Shown: positions 29,401 through 37,080 of the stretch, piece by piece | Numbering within the stretch: the first letter of the stretch is position 1 | Layout: the number at the start of each line of letters is the position of its first letter | From: Cyanobacteriota bacterium | GTDB taxonomy: Bacteria; Cyanobacteriota; Cyanobacteriia; Thermostichales; Thermostichaceae | Assembly: GCA_033764955.1 (NCBI GenBank) | Contig: JANRIL010000025.1 | Location: 1 to 52,382 of the forward strand | Reading direction: 5' to 3' | Length of the DNA stretch: 52,382 nucleotides | Program-made: the position numbers and the translations under genes | Notes under the pieces: model-generated | Database searches by the model: none | What the model saw: only the letters and a program-made list of their open reading frames with translations | What the model was told of the DNA's origin: nothing

Positions 29401-32400
29401 GGATGGAGGGGTAAATGATATCCAGGAGGGGGGTATTTTTTACGCTTTTCGTGAAGATGCTGTGCGGGAAAGTGCGATTGCTCGCCCACCTCAGCAAACC
29501 TGGCCCAACTATGAGAGTCGCTGGGACTCTACGAGTGCCAATATCTCTGGCTGCGGCACCAACGATGGGTTCATCATGAATGCGGGGCAACCCACAACCG
29601 GCGGTTGCAATGCCACCAATGGCACACGAGGGGTGGCAGTGGGGGATCCCCCGGTGGAGCCAGACAGCCAAATCAGTCCGAAACCTGTTGACTATTATGC
29701 CGATCCGGAGCGTCGTCCTTTCGGATTTCGCTTGAGAAACGGAGCTACGGTACGTCGCAATGGCGTACTTCCTCCGGCTCAAAGTCCGTTTGGTTTGTCA
29801 TTTATCTCCGACAACCCTGTGTTTATTCAGGGTGATTTTAACCTCCACAGCACCAACGCTACCAACGCCAATCGTTTGGAAGAATTTACTGAGCTGCTTA
29901 CCTATAATTCAGATGGGTCTTATGCCAACTTTTATGATCGCACTAACCGTGATGACCGCTTTGCACGGGCTGAGCTAGACACATGGCGACCCAGCGACGT
30001 TTTGGGTGATTCGGTTAATATTCAGTCGATCAACTTCTGTGATGGCAGCATTGAGGACAGCTTCCGTCAGGATGGCACCTACAACGGCGGCGGCTCAAAC
30101 TATAACGGCACATTGGGATCCGCTCCCAGCCGCCTCCAGTATGGCTGCACCACCACCACTAGCAATACTTCATATATCAACCAAGGGTTGGGAAGCGTGG
30201 GTAGTAACTGGCCCGCTACAGCTAATAATGTGATTGCGACAGCAGTGGATGGTAGCGAAAACCTGCTGGGTTCACCTAGCAATGGAACTCATATTGGTTT
30301 TGTTCGAGATACTCCCCTAGCTGTCGAGGCTCCTCGAACGGGGTTAGATTTTGATAATCACTATCTGCGTTCTTATGACCCTAACTATGCCAGCTATGGG
30401 GTTCGCATCTCCTCTCTAGGGAATCCGGTTGTGGATACCACCCCTTGGCTCTTCATCGCGCCTCCGGGTCCCTGTGCGCCTCCCTCCAATGGAGGAGGGT
30501 TGGCAGGGCACTATTACAATGGTTTTGTCAGTGGTGGTCAACTGGTTAACCCCAGAAATTTATCGGCTAGCCCTACTTCACCGGCCATTTTTGATCCCAC
30601 GTTACTGCGGCGAGTCTTTCGATTTAACCCCTTAAATCCCATCAACCTTGGGCCTCCCTTGGTTAACCCATTGCCCGATAACACCAATACAACCGCTTCT
30701 GTATTTACCTATAGCTGGGGATCCACTGAGCCAAATGCAGTACGTTTTCAAGACACCAACTCAAATCTTGGTGATTTGCTCTACAGTGGCCTCAAAACCT
30801 GCCCGATCAGCGGGATCCCTTCGGGCGTAGAGTACCCAGACAATCCCAACGGTACTCCTAACCCCCCCATTTGGACACTAGCGGACTGGGCTGTTGGCGC
30901 GTCCAACCCTAACGATTTGCGTTCCTGTTGGTATCGGTTGACCAATACGGGTAGTCCCTCTAACCCCAACCCTCCGACGAACTCCAGCTGCGGTAGCGCT
31001 AGCAATAGCCAAAACCACAACTTCTGCGGCAGAGATGAGTTTGCAGTTATGTGGACAGGCACTCTCTATCCTATGTTTGGCGGCACAGCTCGCTATCGCC
31101 TGACCACTGATGATGGTGGATATTTGCAAATTGGGGCTAACACTGCTTCTAACTGGAATGACGGGGGAGGTCTGACCACTGACCTCAACAACCTCAATCT
31201 TTCCTGTGGAACTGGTTATCCAATTAACATCCGCACCTATGAAAACTCAGGAGATGCCAACGTCAGGTTACAAGTCAGACCTACGATTGATAATGTCGAG
31301 CGTGACTATCAACTGAGCTATTTGGTTCCAGATACAACCCTGAGACCTTGTTATCCAGGCTCTCCTGTTCCTCCTGGATTTGTAGCTTGTACCAATACTC
31401 CTCCTGCTGGCCCCCCCCCACCGCCGCCACCCCCTCCTGCGCCGCCACCCCCTCCTGCGCCGCCGCCCCCTCCTGCGCCGCCACCCCCTCCTGCGCCGCC
31501 GCCCCCTCCTGCGCCGCCACCACCACCGCCACCACCACCGCCACCACCACCACCGCCACCACCACCACCGCCGCCAGGGGGAGGGTTCTTACCTAAAGAA
31601 CTTCGTCCACCCAATTGGCTATTTGGTGAACCTGCTGAGGCGGCTGAGCAAGGGCTAGGGTTTAGTAACGGGGTCACCCCTAATCCCGCCCCTGGTGGAG
31701 CTTCTCTGGCTTCTGCTGACTCAATCCTGCCAGCTTTGGTGAATCCCGATGCTTCTCCAGGCATTCGAGTTGCTCTGCAAAAGGGGCGACCCAGCGGTAG
31801 CTACACCGGCACTAATCTTGCGGCTGCAACCAATCGCCGCAATCGCTTCGCGCTCTGCCCCACGATCACTGGCCCCAACCCCAACAACGGCGTGTATGTA
31901 CCTGGTGTATTTCGTCCCAACTTCAATACAACCTTCGCCTACACAGCCTATAACGGTGACAGCGTGCCCAGCACGTTGCGTTTTGAAGATGATGCTGGTG
32001 TTGTAGGTGTCGTTGATAATCTGACTGACTTCAATGGCAGCCTGGATGCTGGAGAGAGAGTCTTCCATCACGATCCTCTCTTTGGAGTTGACTTTGACTA
32101 TTTATTCAATCAAATTAACTCCAACAACCTGCCATTTGAACCTCCGTCCCCACCCATTACCCCTGCTTCTCTATCCGCAGCGACCACCCTACCGCCCAAC
32201 ATTGCCGATAGCAATGACATCTGGTCAGATGTTTTGCTTAATCCCTATGTCACCCGCACTTCAGTGACCCCACCCAGCCGCTATCTGGGAGGCTATTACA
32301 TTGACGATACGGATCCGAATCCTACCGATGCCGGCGACATAACGATTGATGGCAGCATCCGCAATGGTTTGTGCTTCTTTGTCCGCCTCAACTCTGGACA

Positions 32401-33124
32401 AGTCCAAGCATGGATCGATCGGAATGGCTCAGGTAGTGGTCAGCAAGCTTTTGTAGCGGTTGAAGCTTTGCTTGTCAACAACAACGCCACTCCCAGCAGT
32501 ATCAACGATATAACGGCTGTCATCCTGGATGAGCGTACCCGCCGCCCCATCCCCGTCCCTGGGGCTTATCAACCGATATTCTCTACCACAGATAACCAGC
32601 GGCGACGTAACACTACGGCTTCGACTCGTCCTCAACTGATGTCTGCCGAAGAAACCCGTGTGAATGCTCTGATGGTGAGTGGGTTGATTCCCTCGCGACA
32701 AGATCAATCCAACGGTGGATTTCACAACTTCTTGCGCTTGCACGAAGCCTGGAAGATCGGAGCCTCAAGCAACAACCAAAACTTGTTCTTTAGTGGTTCG
32801 CTGATTAGCCTCAACTTCAGCCAGTATGCGACCGCCCCCTGGATTCAAGCCTCCTACGAGCCACCTGCCCTAGTCTCCTACACTTACGGAACGGGCTTTG
32901 ACTACTACTCTGCGCCTAACCGCCGTTTTGGTTATGACGTAGGGCTGTTGATTGCCCGTCGCCCCAGTGCCGTTGCCGCTCGCTTCGAAATTCCTAACGA
33001 CACTCGAACTGAGTTTGTGCGGGAATTAGAGCCTAACGATCCCTACATTTGTCGCCTGAGAACCGCTCTAGAGGGGGAAGCTGGCACCAACTTAGACACC
33101 TCAGCGGTTGCGACTGGATGTTGA
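26456..33124 (+). CDS. hpsA: Giant PilX-type pilin-like protein, HpsA (hormogonium polysaccharide secretion) family, with PA14-like insert and polyproline linker
   Basis: Class III signal QQKG|FVLPIALL (no Glu5); HpsA-type blocks ALDRGRAKI, LQYQQDR, PYVDDVYRADNRFGPK, LDGYWERR..GGLRVIVGQRLEL, FYAFREDAVRE, ISPKPVDYYADPERRPFGFRLRNG, GLSFISDNPVFIQGDFNLH, SNGGFHNFLR, RRFGYDVGLL; first gene of a minor-pilin operon. Confidence 0.85.
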   Translation: MPSSQFRVLIQLTLKLAASLPASLTQKRAQQKGFVLPIALLIVLVLSLVTVGLLSRSSDRNRQTTLERASQVVNKQLNSALDRGRAKISFLIRDGRLPRSTPSDQEFRDALFDISSPTYASLGSESPYILPGETQFQITSAIDPGVRVPAWWFSVDTNNDGVDDAVTAYMILFDRSVGLAPGELRVEDPGVPDNDRADALLLRNGPLEGASLDASCVDDPLGGGVVADQGDWFQVGSKLYKPFQVYAVTLPNADSGGSTRAISALQYQQDRQRDVLNKWGAFSPSDVDFFYTPVFNWNGAMFGGNLFFDQVYTDATLKFRAYLISSPSSCFYMPASNSEIVALNDIVAGTVEGGLTDGLASSNNYVFDRHPGVAGQDPVLPSTDINVGNDSVFDNTVEPYHISIDPLRLLIFNESTYRNYTENQTGWDVSPLNADTSDPVKGRVLANDERCIPYVDDVYRADNRFGPKLSYDRPLSETTDADLDGDGDIEGCLEFVESYNDTFGVAAGDEITSTALENNEGESLIEDNPPPSDPTAVGLDGYWERRSRVGGLRVIVGQRLELTRSSALPLAIPPTRTGTALLASDPFAIQPTLLSNIARQRMTLEDNPAAVQATAVYHYTENDGEFPVACLATTAHPGSLRSLQQASTITGLPVDSINFFTGSGTNVWEYAPPAEGAFTNEGSDLMNALRNLAHFAGDPEGAYPPVQEAGFIHPDPFLSAFGNFSELRRVMDLLDTTASYASLSIADKSTLHTAGCALGMLARNIIELRTDLAATDHRLLSINDSIDGDNPILPIPAANQALPPYNEPLPYNGVPAVAGPPTEITRPNVDGANDFSLAKLLDNPRSTTLYLPLWYIFPEATHQDNAGPGLVRSRASNVVDTTYIYQPINLANVAIQPRPTIGGWRLPTRNVGACNPNSGSNSSNQELISVDGNCHRVPFKDSAFYDGREGMSVRALNVDLALLTNNVGGQTNGLIGGDTWIPDGGVNDIQEGGIFYAFREDAVRESAIARPPQQTWPNYESRWDSTSANISGCGTNDGFIMNAGQPTTGGCNATNGTRGVAVGDPPVEPDSQISPKPVDYYADPERRPFGFRLRNGATVRRNGVLPPAQSPFGLSFISDNPVFIQGDFNLHSTNATNANRLEEFTELLTYNSDGSYANFYDRTNRDDRFARAELDTWRPSDVLGDSVNIQSINFCDGSIEDSFRQDGTYNGGGSNYNGTLGSAPSRLQYGCTTTTSNTSYINQGLGSVGSNWPATANNVIATAVDGSENLLGSPSNGTHIGFVRDTPLAVEAPRTGLDFDNHYLRSYDPNYASYGVRISSLGNPVVDTTPWLFIAPPGPCAPPSNGGGLAGHYYNGFVSGGQLVNPRNLSASPTSPAIFDPTLLRRVFRFNPLNPINLGPPLVNPLPDNTNTTASVFTYSWGSTEPNAVRFQDTNSNLGDLLYSGLKTCPISGIPSGVEYPDNPNGTPNPPIWTLADWAVGASNPNDLRSCWYRLTNTGSPSNPNPPTNSSCGSASNSQNHNFCGRDEFAVMWTGTLYPMFGGTARYRLTTDDGGYLQIGANTASNWNDGGGLTTDLNNLNLSCGTGYPINIRTYENSGDANVRLQVRPTIDNVERDYQLSYLVPDTTLRPCYPGSPVPPGFVACTNTPPAGPPPPPPPPPAPPPPPAPPPPPAPPPPPAPPPPPAPPPPPPPPPPPPPPPPPPPPPGGGFLPKELRPPNWLFGEPAEAAEQGLGFSNGVTPNPAPGGASLASADSILPALVNPDASPGIRVALQKGRPSGSYTGTNLAAATNRRNRFALCPTITGPNPNNGVYVPGVFRPNFNTTFAYTAYNGDSVPSTLRFEDDAGVVGVVDNLTDFNGSLDAGERVFHHDPLFGVDFDYLFNQINSNNLPFEPPSPPITPASLSAATTLPPNIADSNDIWSDVLLNPYVTRTSVTPPSRYLGGYYIDDTDPNPTDAGDITIDGSIRNGLCFFVRLNSGQVQAWIDRNGSGSGQQAFVAVEALLVNNNATPSSINDITAVILDERTRRPIPVPGAYQPIFSTTDNQRRRNTTASTRPQLMSAEETRVNALMVSGLIPSRQDQSNGGFHNFLRLHEAWKIGASSNNQNLFFSGSLISLNFSQYATAPWIQASYEPPALVSYTYGTGFDYYSAPNRRFGYDVGLLIARRPSAVAARFEIPNDTRTEFVRELEPNDPYICRLRTALEGEAGTNLDTSAVATGC
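31400..31576 (+). repeat. Polyproline-coding repeat: C9 homopolymer, five copies of an 18-bp unit, then a CCA/CCG run
   Basis: C9 at 31411-31419; CCGCC(A/G)CCCCCTCCTGCG x5 at 31424-31513; CCA/CCG run to 31576. Encodes GP9(AP5)4AP~21GGG. Confidence 0.95.
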
Positions 33125-33228
33125 AGTTCTTGACAGAATGAGAGCATCCTGATACCGAAGTTATCTCATCTCTAGCTAAACTGGGGTAAATGGTTACGTA
33201 TTTTTTCCAGACACAATCGGTGAACACT

Positions 33229-33969
33229 ATGCAATGCCCCCCACGTCCATCTGGAATCGGTTTGCGAGGATTTAGCCTTCTGGAAGTGTTGGCTTCACTG
33301 GTGATCGTTTCTGTTGCCTTGGCCGCTCTCACTCCGGTTTTAGCCCTCATGGGCTACCGACGAGTGCAATCGGAGCGGGTAGAAGTAGCGGCTCAACTTG
33401 CTCAAGGGGAAGTGGATAAAATTCGGGCGTTACTTGATACCCAAAACCCTGGGGGCACTCCGCCTGATGGCTATACCCTGGCTGACATTCCCCCCGATGG
33501 GGCTGACTTTGATCAACCTTATGCTGATATTGATGGTCCCCTCAATAAACCTGTCACTCCCAATCTCCCAGAAGTGCAGGGAGATTCCTGGGTAAAGCTT
33601 GTGGAAGTGACTCCGGCTGGTTCAACCAATGTTCCCGAAGAATATATTGTGCAATCCTTTCGGGAAGAAGGATCCCCCTGTTTAGATGACAATGGGGATC
33701 CATTACCGGAGCCTTGCTCTTTCCGTATGGGTGTGCGGGTCTATCATCGGTTTTCCTTTGAACAAACTCCTGGGGGCGCTCCCATCGGTGATTTGAATGC
33801 GGGGGACAACCGTGTGGCTAGTTCTGGTAACACCAGTCTGGCCAATACAGATACATGGCTGCGACCGCTAACCGTCATTGAGGCCGAAATTAACCAAGGG
33901 GCGGATCTAGCCCAAATCTGTCGCGCTCTTGCTGATGACCCTGATACCCGTTGTTCTGCGTTTGACTAA
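33229..33969 (+). CDS. Minor pilin / pseudopilin, HpsB-like
   Basis: Class III signal LRG|FSLLEVLASL; RVQSERVEVAAQLAQGEVDKIR; EYIVQSFR; FRMGVRVY; C-terminal Cys pair. Confidence 0.85.
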   Translation: MQCPPRPSGIGLRGFSLLEVLASLVIVSVALAALTPVLALMGYRRVQSERVEVAAQLAQGEVDKIRALLDTQNPGGTPPDGYTLADIPPDGADFDQPYADIDGPLNKPVTPNLPEVQGDSWVKLVEVTPAGSTNVPEEYIVQSFREEGSPCLDDNGDPLPEPCSFRMGVRVYHRFSFEQTPGGAPIGDLNAGDNRVASSGNTSLANTDTWLRPLTVIEAEINQGADLAQICRALADDPDTRCSAFD

Positions 33970-34059
33970 ACCTAATTCTGGCTAGCAGCCTTTGAGAAAA
34001 GTATCCTTATAGTTATGCCCTGATCAGAGATTGGCTATCTCCACAGGAAAGGAAATTTT

Positions 34060-35112
34060 ATGAAAGCAAAGCAGCAGATCAAAGGAAAAAAACCACAGGG
34101 TCAGGGGTTTACCCTGATTGAGCTGTTGGTAGCCTCTCTGATGGCCTCCCTATTTTTGGCAGCGACCATTTCCATCGTGGTGCAGGTGATGCGCCTCGAC
34201 CGAGAAGAAACGGGGCGTTCCGAAGTTCAGTCTGAGCTGACTCAGTTGATGGACTATATCCAACGGGATCTTTCCGAATCTTTGTTTGTCTATAGCGATG
34301 TGTTTGATAGTGCTACCGGAAACTCTGCTCCCAATGGGATCCCCGATATGATTGAGATCCTCTACGACAACGGATATATCCCTAATCCTCCCAATAGTGT
34401 GCCAGTCGTTTCCTTTTGGAAGTTTGAGCCATTGCCTGATAGCTGTGTTGATGCGGGCGGAAACCTGCTCCCTGCTGCCGTTGGCTTTGAGCAGCTTCGC
34501 AATGTCTATGTTTTAGTAACCTACTATCTGCGAGAGAACACAGGAGCGGATACAACTGATTGGGAAGGAACGGGTCGCATTACTCGCTATGCAATGTGGC
34601 CTTTTGACCAAAATACCTGTACGGCTGACAATCCGGTCACCATTGTTGGGCCTCCTGACCGAGAGCGGGAAGCCTATTTTCCTTTTGATCCTGTACCAAG
34701 GGACGGTTTCCTAGCTTGGCCAGATCTGAGCCAAACTCCTGTTATTCAGCCCGTTGATGGGTATCCTGCCGCTTGGGGAAATGCCAATGCCAATGCCGTT
34801 CTGGCCAGCAACATTTTCTTCACAGAGGATCTTGCTCCGGCCTGTCCTGCCAACTATAGTTACGGTGGTTCGGATCCTGCCAGCAATGAAACCTATGCCA
34901 GCTTTTACACCTGTGTTCGTCAATCAAGAGGAGATACTCCCCAAGATATCCAAATTTTTCTGACGGGTATTTCGATGGATCGAGCTAACAAAGGATTGTT
35001 CACCCTATATGAGGATAATCCTATAAATGTGGATCCCGACACCCTCTCTCGGTATCTGCATAGTCTGCAAACCCAAACTTTTTCCCGTGGAGTTTTTGCT
35101 CGCACTGAATAG
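34060..35112 (+). CDS. Minor pilin / pseudopilin, HpsC-like (PilW-type)
   Basis: Class III signal GQG|FTLIELLVAS; MDYIQRDLSESLFVY; PVVSFWK; VLVTYYL; WEGTGRITRY; SFYTCVR; QTQTFSRG. Confidence 0.85.
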   Translation: MKAKQQIKGKKPQGQGFTLIELLVASLMASLFLAATISIVVQVMRLDREETGRSEVQSELTQLMDYIQRDLSESLFVYSDVFDSATGNSAPNGIPDMIEILYDNGYIPNPPNSVPVVSFWKFEPLPDSCVDAGGNLLPAAVGFEQLRNVYVLVTYYLRENTGADTTDWEGTGRITRYAMWPFDQNTCTADNPVTIVGPPDREREAYFPFDPVPRDGFLAWPDLSQTPVIQPVDGYPAAWGNANANAVLASNIFFTEDLAPACPANYSYGGSDPASNETYASFYTCVRQSRGDTPQDIQIFLTGISMDRANKGLFTLYEDNPINVDPDTLSRYLHSLQTQTFSRGVFARTE

Positions 35113-35230
35113 ATTAAACCCATTTATTGCATTGAGGATTAGGTTTTTATTGAAGAGTGAACCAGTAGATTTTCATCTGTGTTTTTCAACTCCAGAGAGT
35201 TGTTCATAAATTTTAGCTTGGTGATTGGTT

Positions 35231-35764
35231 ATGTTGTGCAGACTTTCCCCCAAAGCCTTTTTCTCTGGATTTACCCTAATTGAGGTAATGACTATTCTAG
35301 TGATTGTCGGCATTTTGGCATCGGTGGGGATCCCGTCTGGAATTAACTTCTACAACCGGAATAATCTGGATACTGCCCACAGCAAGCTGTACGGGGCGCT
35401 TCGTACCGCTCGTTCGAATGCCCGTGCCTCCTTACAGGGCAGAAGTTGGCAGGTAGAGTTAGTGACCCAAGGGGATGATTTGGTAGCAGTGGTAGAGGAT
35501 GTTGATGGTCTTTGTAATGAACCCACTCCCTGTCAGAGCATTCGCCTGGGTAACTATGTAGAATTAGTTGAGGCAACATTTGCCAATGGAACCAATGGCT
35601 CTGGTATTGCTGAATTTAATACGGAGGGGGAAGCCATTGGTACCGGGGGATTTAACACCGGAACCTTCTCGATTGAAAGCAAATATTCTGGGGATCGTCG
35701 ATGTGTTATTGTCAGTACCATCTTAGGGGCAATGCGTAAAGCCTCTGACGCTGGCTGTTCATAG
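35231..35764 (+). CDS. FimT/FimU-like minor pilin (HpsD position)
   Basis: Class III signal FSG|FTLIEVMTILVIVGILASVGIPS; LYGALRTARSNA; C-terminal RRCVIVSTILGAMR..C. Confidence 0.85.
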   Translation: MLCRLSPKAFFSGFTLIEVMTILVIVGILASVGIPSGINFYNRNNLDTAHSKLYGALRTARSNARASLQGRSWQVELVTQGDDLVAVVEDVDGLCNEPTPCQSIRLGNYVELVEATFANGTNGSGIAEFNTEGEAIGTGGFNTGTFSIESKYSGDRRCVIVSTILGAMRKASDAGCS

Positions 35765-35786
35765 CCATCAAGCCAGTAAGTTGAGC

Positions 35787-35890
35787 TAGTTCATCGTGAA
35801 CTAACTGCGTATGAACGGGCTGTGAGCTGACTCCGTTTCCGTCAAGCAATCGTAGCCCTACGGTTACGCCAAGTTGCTTAGGTTACGGCA
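35787..35890 (-). mobile_element. Structured intergenic element, possible tnpB 3' end / omegaRNA (IS200/IS605 or IS607) remnant
   Basis: Minus strand encodes C-R-N-L-S-N-L-A-stop (35890-35864), resembling TnpB C-termini (..NAxRNLxxLA*), followed by stem-loops CGTAACC/GGCTACG, ACGG..CCGT and TAGTTCA-CGA-TGAACTA. Confidence 0.35.
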
Positions 35891-35985
35891 TTTCTGATTC
35901 TGATATAATTTCATGAGAATCCTGGAGGAGCTTGCCACCTGGGTTTTTGATGCTAGACAGTCTTGACTCTCAGGATGTTTACCCC

Positions 35986-36285
35986 ATGCTAGTTACCATC
36001 GAAAAAGCTATTGAGATTCTTGCCAAGGGAAAGCATGTCATGATTACCACCACCGATGGCAAGGTGGCTCTTGTTCCCAGTGACAAAACGGATCTTCACA
36101 TGACCGCCGCAGAAGCGGTCAACATGATGTTTTATGTGGTGCGCTCTCCTGATGCCAGCCTATCGCTCGAAGCTCTACAGGCTCAGATTCAAGCGGGTCT
36201 AGAAGTGGCTGTTGCCAAAGCCAAAGAGCCTACCCCCGAAGAGATCCGTCAACAAAAATATCGAGAAATTCGTGGAATTGGTTGA
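35986..36285 (+). CDS. Hypothetical protein (about 99 aa)
   Basis: Clean ORF; ATG 35986 with AGGA upstream; TATAAT at about 35904; no confident family. Confidence 0.6.
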   Translation: MLVTIEKAIEILAKGKHVMITTTDGKVALVPSDKTDLHMTAAEAVNMMFYVVRSPDASLSLEALQAQIQAGLEVAVAKAKEPTPEEIRQQKYREIRGIG

Positions 36286-36474
36286 TGCCTCTCACTGACA
36301 AACCACGCCATACTTGCTGAATGGATCAACGCAATTATTTTTGGGCTATTTTTTGCGGGGGTCAGAGATCTTTGGCTAACCCAGTCAACTAAGCCATTGT
36401 CGAAATTTTGCCCTTGACTCGACTGTCTCAAATCAGGGGCGGCAAAAAGCCTCATCACCCAGGATCCGCAACTT

Positions 36475-36894
36475 TTAATCGTCTACCCCATTTGAGATCT
36501 TATGGATGATGACTGCTTCGGCCTCGATCTCAACCAAAATTTCTGGTCGGATCAATCGCCTTACTTCAACCATAGCTGTTACCGGTCGAATCTCTCTAAA
36601 AAACTCCCCATGGGCTTGTCCAACCTTCTCCCAATCTTCAATATTGACAACATACATTCGGGTTCGCAACACATCTTCCAGACTAGCTCTAGCTTTACGG
36701 AGTGCGGTTTCAATATTTCTTAGTGTTTGCACTGTTTGAGCATAAGGATCGCCAAGACTAACAATCTCACCCAACTCGTTAGTTGGAGTTGTACCTGCCA
36801 CCCAGACTTGATTTCCAACCCGAACGGCGCGTGAATATCCGACGATTGGCTCCCAAGGAGTTCCGGTTGAAAAATTTTCACGCTTTATCTTCAA
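36475..36894 (-). CDS. RidA/YjgF/UK114 superfamily protein
   Basis: [64 protein letters not shown]-richer than its flanks. Confidence 0.9.
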   Translation of the reverse strand: MKIKRENFSTGTPWEPIVGYSRAVRVGNQVWVAGTTPTNELGEIVSLGDPYAQTVQTLRNIETALRKARASLEDVLRTRMYVVNIEDWEKVGQAHGEFFREIRPVTAMVEVRRLIRPEILVEIEAEAVIIHKISNGVDD

Positions 36895-37080
36895 TTCCTG
36901 CCTTAAATCTTAAAGAATAAACCATTATTAACTTCAAAGATGACCCATTCAGCTTCCGCTTGACAATGCACTCCCCCCACAGCAGTTACCCTAGAAATCC
37001 TGAAGAGATCACAAGGGTTCATCCCCAATTGCCCAGGAAGCCACGGAGAATATGGGGAAAGCGCCCTCTTGAGGTCAGTC

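Noticed and set aside
31281..31764. Poly-Gly ORF (31351-31764) and AAQEG-repeat ORF (31281-31568) on the minus strand
   Set aside because: Antisense shadows of the hpsA polyproline repeat; no independent signals.
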